Under the pieces are notes generated by a model. That model did no database searches. It was not told where the DNA came from and saw only the letters and a list, made by a program, of their open reading frames with translations. Shown in pieces: positions 15,632-24,479 of a DNA stretch of 32,000 nt. Source of the stretch: Vibrio vulnificus CMCP6 (GTDB lineage Bacteria; Pseudomonadota; Gammaproteobacteria; Enterobacterales; Vibrionaceae). The position numbers and the translations under genes were made by a program. Position 1 is the stretch's first letter, and each line of letters begins with the position of its first letter. The DNA lies in NCBI RefSeq assembly GCF_000039765.1, contig NC_004459.3, forward strand, positions 930,001 through 962,000, read 5' to 3'.

Positions 15632-16939
15632 ATGAAAAAGACGCATATCACAGAGCAAAAGTTCGCCGATTTGGGTTTAAATCCCCAAGTTGTTGAAGGA
15701 TTGGAAAAAAAAGGGTTTGAGTTTTGTACCCCTATCCAAGCCTTGGCGTTGCCGGTACTGCTCTCCGGCCAAGACATCGCAGGCCAGGCCCAAACCGGGA
15801 CTGGTAAAACGCTCGCGTTTCTTACTGCTACCTTTAACCATTTGTTGACCACACCTGCACACGAAGGCCGTCAGCCAACCCAGCCACGTGCCATCATCAT
15901 GGCGCCAACACGTGAGTTAGCGATTCAGATCTACAACGATGCTGAGCCTCTAATCGCAAGTACTGGCATCAAAGCAGCCCTCGCTTACGGCGGTGAAAGC
16001 TATGATAAGCAGTTAACCAAGCTACAAGGTGGCGTTGACGTTCTGATCGGCACCACTGGTCGTATTATCGATTTTTACAAGCAGCGTGTGTTTAACCTCA
16101 ATAACATTCAAGCGGTTGTGCTTGATGAAGCCGATCGCATGTTCGATTTGGGTTTCATTAAAGACATTCGTTTCTTGTTCCGCCGTATGCCAGCACCACA
16201 AGAGCGTCTGAACATGTTGTTCTCAGCAACGCTTTCTTACCGCGTGCAAGAATTGGCGTTTGAGCACATGCATAACCCAGAGCACGTTGTGGTTGAGCCT
16301 GAACAAAAAACTGGCCACCGCATTCAAGAAGAGCTGTTCTACCCTTCTAATGAAGATAAAATGGCGCTGCTACAAACACTGATTGAAGAAGAATGGCCAG
16401 ATCGCGCGATCATTTTCGCTAACACTAAATATAAGTGTGAATCCATCTGGGCTCATCTTGCTGCCGATGGTCACCGTGTTGGCCTGCTCACTGGTGATGT
16501 TCCACAGAAGAAACGCGAAAAGATTCTTGAGCAATTTACTCAAGGTTCTGTAGATCTCCTCGTGGCAACCGACGTGGCAGCTCGTGGCCTGCACATACCG
16601 CAAGTAACGCATGTCTTTAACTACGATTTACCTGATGACTGTGAAGACTACGTTCACCGTATTGGCCGTACTGGCCGTGCTGGTGCAAGTGGCCATTCGA
16701 TCAGCTTTGCTTGTGAAGACTACGCCATCAACTTGCCAGCAATTGAAGAATACATTGAGCACACCATTCCGGTCTCGGATTACGATTCAAGTGCCTTGAT
16801 CCAAGATCTACCAGCGCCAGTCCGTACACCTTCTGCGCGTAATCAGCAACGCCGCACGAACACTGGCGGTGCACGTTCAGGTGATCGTAAGTCAAACAAC
16901 CGTCGTCCACGACAACCGCGTCAACACAAGGAAGCGTAA
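15632..16939 (+). CDS. rhlB: ATP-dependent RNA helicase RhlB (DEAD-box)
   Basis: Motifs [12 protein letters not shown] (VLDEADRM), SAT and [10 protein letters not shown] are present. The N-terminus [11 protein letters not shown] matches E. coli RhlB (MSKTHLTEQKF). There is an Arg-rich C-terminal tail, and the gene is divergent from trxA as in E. coli. Confidence 0.95.
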
Positions 16940-16946
16940 ACCGTTT

Positions 16947-18440
16947 ATGAGTCAGGCAGGCAATTCTCCGCTTTATGCAGCCATCGATCTCGGGTCGAAT
17001 AGTTTTCATATGCTCGTAGTGCGTCATATCGATGGCAGCGTTCAAACTATGGCTAAAATCAAACGCAAAGTGCGTCTTGCCGCTGGGCTTGATGAACACA
17101 ATGCGCTCAGTAAAGAAGCGATGCAGCGAGGATGGGATTGCCTGAGCTTATTTGCGGAACGGTTGCAAGATATCCCCGCAGAGCACATTCGTATTGTTGG
17201 CACAGCCACACTGCGCACCGCCACTAATGTCGATCTGTTTCTGCAAAAGGCCAATCAAATCCTTGGCCACCCGATTGAAGTCATTTCTGGGGAAGAAGAA
17301 GCCGCGACGATTTACAAAGGCGTGGCGCACACCTCAGGGGGAAGCGGCCGACGCTTAGTGGTGGATATTGGTGGCGCGAGCACCGAGCTGATCATCGGTG
17401 AGGGGTTTGAAGCCAAAGCGCTGACGAGCCTCAAGATGGGTTGCGTAACTTGGCTGGAAAACTTTTTCAAAGATCGCCAACTCAGTGCACGCAACTTTGA
17501 GGCCGCCATTGAAGGGGCCAAGCAAACCTTATTACCGATCCTGGAGCAATACAAATCACTCGGTTGGGATGTTTGTGTGGGCGCTTCCGGTACCGTACAA
17601 GCTCTGCAGGAAATCATGTTAGCGCAAGGCATGGACGAGGTCATTACCCACGCTAAGCTTAAGCGCTTACAAAAACAGGCCATGCTTGCGGATCATCTCG
17701 AAGAACTTGAAATTGAAGGGTTAACCCTCGAAAGAGCACTGGTCTTCCCTAGTGGTTTATCGATTTTGATCGCTATTTTCGAACTGCTGGAAATCGACGC
17801 CATGACGCTTGCTGGCGGCGCTTTGCGTGAAGGCTTGGCTTACGAGATGATGAGTGAGTTACGCCAAGATGATATTCGAGCACGCACGATTGGTAGCATC
17901 CAGAGTCGTTACCAGCTCGACAGTCAATATGGTCAGCAAGTCGCGAATTTGGCCTTAAAGCTGCTGCAACAAGTGGGCGACGTGATGTGGATCCCTGAAC
18001 CACAAGGGGCCATGTTGCTAGAGACCACAGCCAAACTGCATGAAATTGGGTTGACCATTGATTTCAAAAAAGGTGGTGAGCACAGTGCGTATCTGATGCA
18101 GCATCTGGATCTTCCAGGGTTTACTCGCGCACAGAAATTCTTAATGGGTGAAATTGCCCGTCGTTATCGTGAAGGCTTAACCTCGCTCCCAGAACAGCAT
18201 GCACTGTCTGGCAACAGCGGCAAGCGCCTGCTGCGTTTATTACGCTTGGCCGTGATATTGTCGCATCGCCGTCAGCCATCCTTAGAGCCTGAGGTGACCC
18301 TGAGTGCTGAGGGTGACAAACTCACTTTAGCGATTGATGCGCAATGGTTGGAAAACAATCCACTCACTGCAGCGGAACTGGAACTGGAAGCCAACCGCCA
18401 AACCGACATTGGCTGGCCTTTGGTTATAGAAAGTCGCTAG
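16947..18440 (+). CDS. gppA: Guanosine pentaphosphate phosphohydrolase / exopolyphosphatase family (GppA)
   Basis: A 497-aa product from the ATG at 16947 (SD AGGAAG). [39 protein letters not shown] and LVFPSGL.ILIAIF are collinear with E. coli GppA. The rhlB-gppA synteny is conserved. Confidence 0.9.
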
Positions 18441-18452
18441 CTCACAGAGAAT

Positions 18453-18490
18453 AAAAAATCCCGAACCATGATGATTCGGGATTTTTTGTT
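18453..18490. terminator. Bidirectional rho-independent terminator between convergent gppA and yhhQ
   Basis: Stem AATCCCGAA / TTCGGGATT, flanked by an A-run on the left and a T-run on the right. Confidence 0.8.
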
Positions 18491-18520
18491 TGTGCCACTC
18501 GAAATGAGAGCAACTGGCCA

Positions 18521-19192
18521 TTAACGTGATGCGGAAGCAACCGTAAAGTGAGGATTCACCGCGGTCAACTTCTTAATCAAGTAATTCAATAGCACGCCAT
18601 ACATAGGGACAAACAGACCCAAGCTGATCACCAGTTTAAAGCCATAATCCACCAGCGCAATTTCCGTCCAGTGTTCCGCCATAAACGCGTCTGGGCTTTG
18701 ATAAAACGCGATAGCAAAGAACGCCAACGTATCCAGCGCATTACCAAATAGCGTCGAGCAAGTCGGTGCGACCCACCACTGTTTCATCTGGCGTAGACGG
18801 TTGAAGACGTGCACATCGAGGATCTGCCCTAGCAAATACGCCATAAAGCTGGCGATCGCGATGCGTGCAACAAATAAGTTGAACTCACCAAGATGAGCAA
18901 AGCCTTGGAACTGCCCTTCAAAGAACAATACCGATAACGCGTAAGAGACAATCAACGCCGGCATCATCACTAAGAATATGATTTTACGTGCCAACTTAGC
19001 ACCAAAAATGCGGACGGTGAGATCAGTCGCAAGAAAGATAAATGGAAAGGTGAAAGCGCCCCAAGTGGTATGAAAACCAAAAATGGTAAACGGTAGCTGA
19101 ACAAGGTAATTGCTCGATGCGATAATGACCAGATGGAACAGGGCCAAATAGATAAGGGCGTTGCGCTGCTGCGCAGGGGTAAAGTTACTCAT
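18521..19192 (-). CDS. yhhQ: YhhQ/DUF165-family queuosine-precursor (preQ0/preQ1) transporter
   Basis: A 223-aa polytopic membrane protein from the ATG at 19192. The motifs (SNYLVQ.P, TWGAFTFP.IFL.TDL, GNA.DT..FF) fit the YhhQ family, whose E. coli member is 221 aa as I recall. Confidence 0.8.
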   Translation of the reverse strand: MSNFTPAQQRNALIYLALFHLVIIASSNYLVQLPFTIFGFHTTWGAFTFPFIFLATDLTVRIFGAKLARKIIFLVMMPALIVSYALSVLFFEGQFQGFAHLGEFNLFVARIAIASFMAYLLGQILDVHVFNRLRQMKQWWVAPTCSTLFGNALDTLAFFAIAFYQSPDAFMAEHWTEIALVDYGFKLVISLGLFVPMYGVLLNYLIKKLTAVNPHFTVASASR

Positions 19193-19198
19193 GCGATA

Positions 19199-19234
19199 CC
19201 TTTTTAGTTTGGTTTGGGGGCGAGGGAACCCAAA
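19199..19234 (-). promoter_or_regulatory. Candidate preQ1-I riboswitch aptamer overlapping the yhhQ ribosome-binding site
   Basis: The minus-strand RNA is UUUGGG-UUCCCUCGCC-CCCAAA-CCAAACUAAAAAGG, followed by UAUCGC and AUG. It has a P1 hairpin with GGUUC after the 5' arm, C residues before the 3' arm, and an A-rich ACUA tail ending in the AGG of the SD. This layout matches B. subtilis queC AGAGGUUCUAGCUACACCCUCUAUAAAAAACUAAGG. Confidence 0.5.
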
Positions 19235-19323
19235 TCGAGTCTTCTCCAACAGGAAAACACTCTTACCAACAATGTAAAATGAAAATGTTTCCGTTCATCG
19301 TTTTGCCGATGAAGCGGCGGGCG

Positions 19324-19351
19324 ATTATACATTAATCGATATCAAGTACAA
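19324..19351 (-). promoter_or_regulatory. Putative sigma70 promoter for yhhQ
   Basis: The minus strand reads TTGTAC-16 nt-TATAAT. It predicts a 5' UTR of about 125 nt that contains the aptamer. Confidence 0.45.
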
Positions 19352-19410
19352 GCAGTGAGCGGTACGCAAACGATTGAACACCATTTCGCCGCTAGCAGAG
19401 CCAAAATGCA

Positions 19411-19450
19411 TCGATAAAAAAGGGATGTTTCATGTGAAACATCCCTTTGA
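19411..19450 (-). terminator. Rho-independent terminator of the recQ / small-ORF transcription unit
   Basis: Perfect 11-bp stem AGGGATGTTTC / GAAACATCCCT with a 4-nt loop, followed on the minus strand by TTTTTATCG. Confidence 0.85.
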
Positions 19451-19468
19451 AAATGAAAGATTTCGCAC

Positions 19469-19783
19469 CTAAAAACCTTTGGCAAAAAGTTGGGCTAAGT
19501 AGTCCATTACCTCTCGGCTATCATCCACAGTTAATGACTCAAACCACACCGCCTCACTGTAATGTTCCGCTTTCAGGAACAGATGTGTCTCTTCAAAATC
19601 GACCAACCAGCTGTGCACGTCGCCATCCCACTGTTTTTCCACCGCTTGAGCAGACAACAGTTTGAGAAGCCGTTCAGCCAGCGCGGGAAAGGTATCAAGA
19701 TTAAAGCGTGGCGTGCGAATCAACAATCGACCTTCTTGCGCCATGTATTCCGTTAAACCAAATTCCTTGTTGTTCTCATCCAT
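19469..19783 (-). CDS. Small acidic hypothetical protein (104 aa), translationally coupled to recQ
   Basis: Its ATG lies inside the last recQ codons (tATGGATGA, an 8-nt overlap). It shares the terminator at 19411-19450. I recognise no motif with confidence. Confidence 0.6.
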   Translation of the reverse strand: MDENNKEFGLTEYMAQEGRLLIRTPRFNLDTFPALAERLLKLLSAQAVEKQWDGDVHSWLVDFEETHLFLKAEHYSEAVWFESLTVDDSREVMDYLAQLFAKGF

Positions 19784-21611
19784 AATGAGTGATGTGCTCC
19801 TGAATCAAATCTAAAAACGGATCCGCGTATTTTTCTAGTTTGCGCTGCCCGACGCCGCTCACCGCGAGCATTTCACCATATGAAGTCGGCAATATTTCAG
19901 CCATGTCGATCAGCGTGGCATCACTGAACACCACATAGGGTGGGATCTCTTCCTCATCGGCAATCGATTTGCGTAGCTTACGTAATTTGGCGAACAGCTT
20001 TTTGTCGTAATGTTTGTTCGATAGCTTATCTGCTTTGGCACTGCGCGCGGCAGTATCTAAACGTGGCACCGCCAGCTCCAACGTCATATCACCACGCAGC
20101 AATGGCCTTGCTTCTTCAGTTAACTGCAAAGTCGAATTGCGGGTGATGTTTTGAAACAGCAGCCCTTTGTGGATCAGTTGGCGGAAAATGCTCACCCAAT
20201 AGTCATGGCTGTGATCACGCCCTAAACCGTAGGTCGAAATCTTATCGTGGCCATGTTCCCGGATACGAATGTTTTGCATCCCACGCAACACTTCCACTAC
20301 GTAGCCCATACCAAAACTCTGATTAACGCGATAAACACACGACAACGCTTTGCGTGCTTCTTCCGTCGCATCAAAATGCTTCGGCGGGTCTAAGCAAATA
20401 TCGCAATTGCCGCAAGGCTTCTCGCGGTATTCACCGAAATAGTTCAGCAGCACTTGGCGGCGACAGGTTTGCGCCTCAGCAAAGGCACTCATGGCATTGA
20501 GCTTATGACTTTCCACTTGTTTTTGCGGGCCGTCGTCTTTCTCATCCAACATGCGGCGCAACCAAGTGATGTCTGCCGGATCGTAGAGCATCATTGCTTC
20601 GGCGGGCAGGCCATCACGCCCTGCTCGACCCGTCTCTTGATAGTACGATTCGATATTGCGTGGAATATCAAAATGCACCACAAAGCGCACATTGGGTTTG
20701 TTGATCCCCATACCAAAGGCCACTGTCGCCACCACAATCTGGATGTCGTCTCGTTGAAACGCTTCTTGCACATAAGCGCGCTCATCGGCGTCCATACCAG
20801 CGTGATAACCCGCCGCTCGAATATGGTTGTTGCACAGCTTCTCGGTCAGCATTTCGACTTTCTTACGGCTACCACAATAAATAATGCCGCAATTGCCTTT
20901 CTGGCTTTCCAAATAGCGAATCACTTGAGAGACCGGCTTGTGCTTCTCCACTAGGTCATAACGAATGTTGGGGCGATCAAAACTGCCGAGATAAACGTGA
21001 GGCTCATTAAGATGTAAGCGACTTAAAATGTCTTTGCGCGTCGCATCGTCTGCCGTGGCCGTTAGCGCCATAAACGGCACGTGAGGAAAATGATGCTTCA
21101 ATTGCCCTAACGCGGCGTACTCGGGGCGGAAATCGTGTCCCCACTGAGAGATACAGTGCGCTTCATCGACAGCAATCATCGCCAAGGGCAAATTTTCCAG
21201 CCGCTCAATAAAGTCGCGCATCAACACCCGCTCTGGCGAAACGTACACCAATTTGAGCTGTCCCGCGTGCATGCGGTTGTAGACGCTGAGCAAAGCGTCA
21301 CGTGATAAGGTCGAGTTGACACATTCTGCCGCGACACCATTGGCTTTAAGTTGGTCAACCTGATCTTTCATCAGCGAAATCAAAGGGGAGATCACTAAGG
21401 TAATACCCGGGCGTACCAGAGCAGGAATTTGATAGCACAGCGATTTGCCGCCACCGGTGGGCATGATCACCAAACTATCTTTCCCCTCAACAGCCGCCTC
21501 GATCACCGACTGCTGCCCCTCACGGAAGGTCTGATAGCCGAACACCTGTGATAAAACGCTTTGGGGCGTCATCGAGCCATCGGAAGGGTCGGCAAGCAGC
21601 GTGGAAGTCAT
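19776..21611 (-). CDS. recQ: ATP-dependent DNA helicase RecQ
   Basis: Motifs FGYQ.FR.GQ, MPTGGGKSLCYQIPAL, DEAHCISQWGHDFRPEY, the Zn-binding CGNCDIC, and the C-terminal HRDC domain (YVVF.DATL..MA) are present. I prefer the ATG at 21611 (611 aa; E. coli is about 609 aa) over the GTG at 21653 used by the track, but the start is not certain. Confidence 0.93.
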   Translation of the reverse strand: MTSTLLADPSDGSMTPQSVLSQVFGYQTFREGQQSVIEAAVEGKDSLVIMPTGGGKSLCYQIPALVRPGITLVISPLISLMKDQVDQLKANGVAAECVNSTLSRDALLSVYNRMHAGQLKLVYVSPERVLMRDFIERLENLPLAMIAVDEAHCISQWGHDFRPEYAALGQLKHHFPHVPFMALTATADDATRKDILSRLHLNEPHVYLGSFDRPNIRYDLVEKHKPVSQVIRYLESQKGNCGIIYCGSRKKVEMLTEKLCNNHIRAAGYHAGMDADERAYVQEAFQRDDIQIVVATVAFGMGINKPNVRFVVHFDIPRNIESYYQETGRAGRDGLPAEAMMLYDPADITWLRRMLDEKDDGPQKQVESHKLNAMSAFAEAQTCRRQVLLNYFGEYREKPCGNCDICLDPPKHFDATEEARKALSCVYRVNQSFGMGYVVEVLRGMQNIRIREHGHDKISTYGLGRDHSHDYWVSIFRQLIHKGLLFQNITRNSTLQLTEEARPLLRGDMTLELAVPRLDTAARSAKADKLSNKHYDKKLFAKLRKLRKSIADEEEIPPYVVFSDATLIDMAEILPTSYGEMLAVSGVGQRKLEKYADPFLDLIQEHITHYG

Positions 21612-21792
21612 GAACAGTCTCAGTATTGGTCTTGATGGTGGTCTCGAAAGCACTCAATATTGCGAAATGCCCAAGATAATGAGGGCACATTGTAATGGCG
21701 TTTGATGGTGAATTAAACCGCAAAATACTAGGTGATTCCGGACCTCGCTCTTATACTGACCCATCCTTGATAACTAAGTTGGCTATCGTTCA

Positions 21793-22707
21793 ATGACCGC
21801 AGAAGAACAACAAAAAGCACGCCAAGGGGTGTTACTCGCCTTAGGTGCTTATACCATGTGGGGCATCGCGCCCATCTATTTTAAGTCGCTCGCGGCGGTC
21901 TCTCCGCTCGAAATACTCAGCCATCGCGTGGTGTGGTCTTTTTTCTTGCTCGCCGCCCTGCTCCATTTTGGCCGTCATTGGCGCACCGTGCGCGACGTTT
22001 TAACCAGCAAGAGCAAGATGCTCTATCTGGTCACGACCGCCATTTTAGTCGGCGCTAACTGGTTAATTTTTATTTGGGCGGTCAATGCCAACCACATGCT
22101 TGACGCCAGTCTTGGCTATTACATCAACCCACTGATCAATGTGTTGCTCGGCATGCTGTTTCTTGGCGAGCGATTACGTAAGTTGCAGTGGTTTGCAGTC
22201 ACCTTAGCGGCTTGTGGCGTGCTGGTGCAGCTTATCGTGTTTGGTTCGGTACCGATCGTCGCGATTGCTCTCGCCTTTAGCTTTGGCTTCTACGGCTTGC
22301 TGCGTAAAAAAGTCAGCGTTGATGCCCAAACCGGACTGTTCATTGAAACCTTAGTGATGTTGCCAGCCGCAGCGATTTACCTGTTGTTTATTGCTGCTAC
22401 CCCCACCTCTAATGTGTTGGCCAACCCTAGCCAGCTCAATCTGCTGCTCATTGCCGCAGGTGTCGTTACGACGCTGCCTTTGCTCTGCTTTACTGGCGCC
22501 GCCACTCGACTCAAGTTGTCCACCTTAGGCTTTTTCCAATACATAGGCCCAAGTTTGATGTTCTTACTGGCCGTGTTGATTTACGGTGAAGCCTTCACCA
22601 GTGACAAAGCGCTCACCTTCGCCTTTATCTGGGGGGCACTCGTGGTATTTAGTTTCGACGGCTTACGCTATCGCCGCAACAGCCGAAAAACCGCACTCAG
22701 CCACTGA
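21793..22707 (+). CDS. rarD: EamA/DMT-family permease RarD
   Basis: RQGVLLAL.AY..WGIAP.YFK, GGNWL.FIWAVN..HML.ASLGY.INPL and LSTLGFFQYIGP.LMFLLAV are collinear with E. coli RarD as recalled. Confidence 0.88.
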   Translation: MTAEEQQKARQGVLLALGAYTMWGIAPIYFKSLAAVSPLEILSHRVVWSFFLLAALLHFGRHWRTVRDVLTSKSKMLYLVTTAILVGANWLIFIWAVNANHMLDASLGYYINPLINVLLGMLFLGERLRKLQWFAVTLAACGVLVQLIVFGSVPIVAIALAFSFGFYGLLRKKVSVDAQTGLFIETLVMLPAAAIYLLFIAATPTSNVLANPSQLNLLLIAAGVVTTLPLLCFTGAATRLKLSTLGFFQYIGPSLMFLLAVLIYGEAFTSDKALTFAFIWGALVVFSFDGLRYRRNSRKTALSH

Positions 22708-22742
22708 TCGTTTTTTACAAGACAAATGCCATTGAGCTCGCT

Positions 22743-22773
22743 AAGCTTGGTCACAAACTGACCAAGCTTTTTT
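22743..22773 (+). terminator. Rho-independent terminator after rarD
   Basis: Perfect 11-bp stem AAGCTTGGTCA / TGACCAAGCTT with loop CAAAC, followed by TTTTTTG. It ends 8 nt before the ATG of the next gene. Confidence 0.8.
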
Positions 22774-22780
22774 GTACTCT

Positions 22781-23578
22781 ATGGAGCAGATCCACTACAT
22801 CCCAACACAAGATGACAAGCTCAGCCTGATTGATGCGAAGTATCAGAAGTTTGCCTTTTCACGGCACTATCATCTGGATTTCCATATCGGGCTGATTACT
22901 CATGGCGAACAGCAGTTCCATTCACAGGGTTGTCGTCATCACGTTGGTCATGGGCAGATTGTTATCATGCCTCCTGACGAGCTGCACGATGGCCATTCCA
23001 AACAACAAGAAGGCTATCAGGTGAATGTGTTTGCGATCGAACCTCATCTGTTAAGCGATCTCGCCGATCTTAAGCAAAATGGTCAAATTATCAGCTTTAA
23101 TCAGATGATCATCTCCGATCCTGTGGTTTTTTCACAACTTCGTAACCTGCACGCTTGGTTGCGCAGTAAAAACATCAGCCAACTCGCCCAAGATTGTTTG
23201 CCATTTGAAGGGTTTAGCACCCTTTTTGATCGCTATGGATCCACTTGCCGCCAAAAAGCCGTACCACTGGGTCAGCAATCGTTGGCGACACTCAAAGAGT
23301 TTCTACTGGCGAATCTCGATCAACCTGTGCGCTTAGAAACACTGGCACAACTCTGCCAACTTTCCCCCACTCAATTTCAGCGCCAGTTCAAAACCAGAAT
23401 GGGCATGACACCCTATGCATGGCTGAGCCGCTTACGTTTAGAACAAGCGATGAAGCTGCTTCAAGCGGGCCAATCCAGCACTGAGGTGGCGCACCAAATT
23501 GGCTACTATGACCAAGCACATTTCAGCAAAGCCTTCAAACAGACCTACGGTATTACCCCATCGCAAATTGCACGTTAG
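22781..23578 (+). CDS. AraC/XylS-family transcriptional regulator (N-terminal cupin-like sensor domain)
   Basis: The C-terminal double HTH is L..LA..C.LSP.QFQR.FK...GMTPY.WL...RL..A..LL and IGYYDQAHFSKAFK..YGITPSQ. I used the ATG at 22781. The track start at 22772 is a TTG inside the terminator T-run. Confidence 0.85.
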   Translation: MEQIHYIPTQDDKLSLIDAKYQKFAFSRHYHLDFHIGLITHGEQQFHSQGCRHHVGHGQIVIMPPDELHDGHSKQQEGYQVNVFAIEPHLLSDLADLKQNGQIISFNQMIISDPVVFSQLRNLHAWLRSKNISQLAQDCLPFEGFSTLFDRYGSTCRQKAVPLGQQSLATLKEFLLANLDQPVRLETLAQLCQLSPTQFQRQFKTRMGMTPYAWLSRLRLEQAMKLLQAGQSSTEVAHQIGYYDQAHFSKAFKQTYGITPSQIAR

Positions 23579-23665
23579 TGTTGCCTGTGTCAGTTTTTTA
23601 CAAGCGCAAAGCCGCGCAACCCGAGACAATCTACACTCGATTTTGATGATGCACGAGAAACACTC

Positions 23666-24337
23666 ATGAACGAACTGACGATTTTACTGACGCTGGCAAG
23701 CGTCCACTTTATTGCTTTGATGAGCCCCGGCCCCGACGTGGCACTGGTCGTGCAAAACGCAAGCCGCTATGGCCGCCAAACGGGCCTTTTTATTGCCCTC
23801 GGTTTGTCTGTTGGCATTTTGCTGCATTCTCTATTAAGCCTGACGGGCGTGAGTTACTTGGTCCACCAGCAACCGATGTTGTATGCCTTATTACAACTGC
23901 TGGGTGGCAGCTATTTGCTCTATTTGGGCATTGGCGCGTTGCATTCCGTATTACGTCATTGGCGTCAGCCATCGGTGAATCCCACCATCACTCAACGGCA
24001 GTGGACGCTGAACACGAAACGCCAAGCTTTTCTCAAAGGCTTTGCCACCAACATTCTCAATCCCAAGGCGTTAGTGTTTTTTGTCAGCCTGCTATCGAGC
24101 TTAATCCCAGCAACCATGTCGCTCTCTGGCAAGGCCACAGCGGTGATGATTTTATTTGCGTTGTCATTTCTTTGGTTTGCCAGCTTAGCGTGGGCGCTCT
24201 CTGGTCGCCGAATGCAACAGCATTTACACAAAGCGAGTGTCTATATTGATGGCATTTGCGGCGTTTTATTCTGCTTAATTGGCGCAGGCATCCTCTACAA
24301 CACGGTGATTCATCAAGTCATCAGCCAAGTTGCATAG
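23666..24337 (+). CDS. LysE/RhtB-family amino-acid efflux protein
   Basis: A 223-aa protein with six predicted TM segments. It has the N-terminal family signature SPGPD and the later NP(K)A motif. It lies directly downstream of the AraC regulator. Confidence 0.85.
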   Translation: MNELTILLTLASVHFIALMSPGPDVALVVQNASRYGRQTGLFIALGLSVGILLHSLLSLTGVSYLVHQQPMLYALLQLLGGSYLLYLGIGALHSVLRHWRQPSVNPTITQRQWTLNTKRQAFLKGFATNILNPKALVFFVSLLSSLIPATMSLSGKATAVMILFALSFLWFASLAWALSGRRMQQHLHKASVYIDGICGVLFCLIGAGILYNTVIHQVISQVA

Positions 24338-24354
24338 TTTTTTGCTCTTCGCCG

Positions 24355-24372
24355 TGTAAGAGATCTCTCACA
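24355..24372 (+). promoter_or_regulatory. GacA/UvrY/VarA-type upstream activating box
   Basis: TGTAAGagatctCTCACA matches the consensus TGTAAG-N6-CTTACA at 11 of 12 palindrome positions. It lies about 110-130 nt upstream of the first GGA motifs. Confidence 0.65.
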
Positions 24373-24479
24373 AACAAGTAAGCCAATGTCGTTTTTTACC
24401 TAAGACACTGGAGAGAAAATAACACTAACCACATGATTTTATTGAATATGAATGCTTTTTAGCCATGTTATGTATGTAG

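Noticed and set aside
23646-23669. Seven-codon mini-ORF (MMHEKHS) whose TGA overlaps the ATG of the LysE gene; a possible leader peptide.
   Set aside because: It is too short to evaluate, has no SD of its own, and I cannot check conservation. It may be chance.
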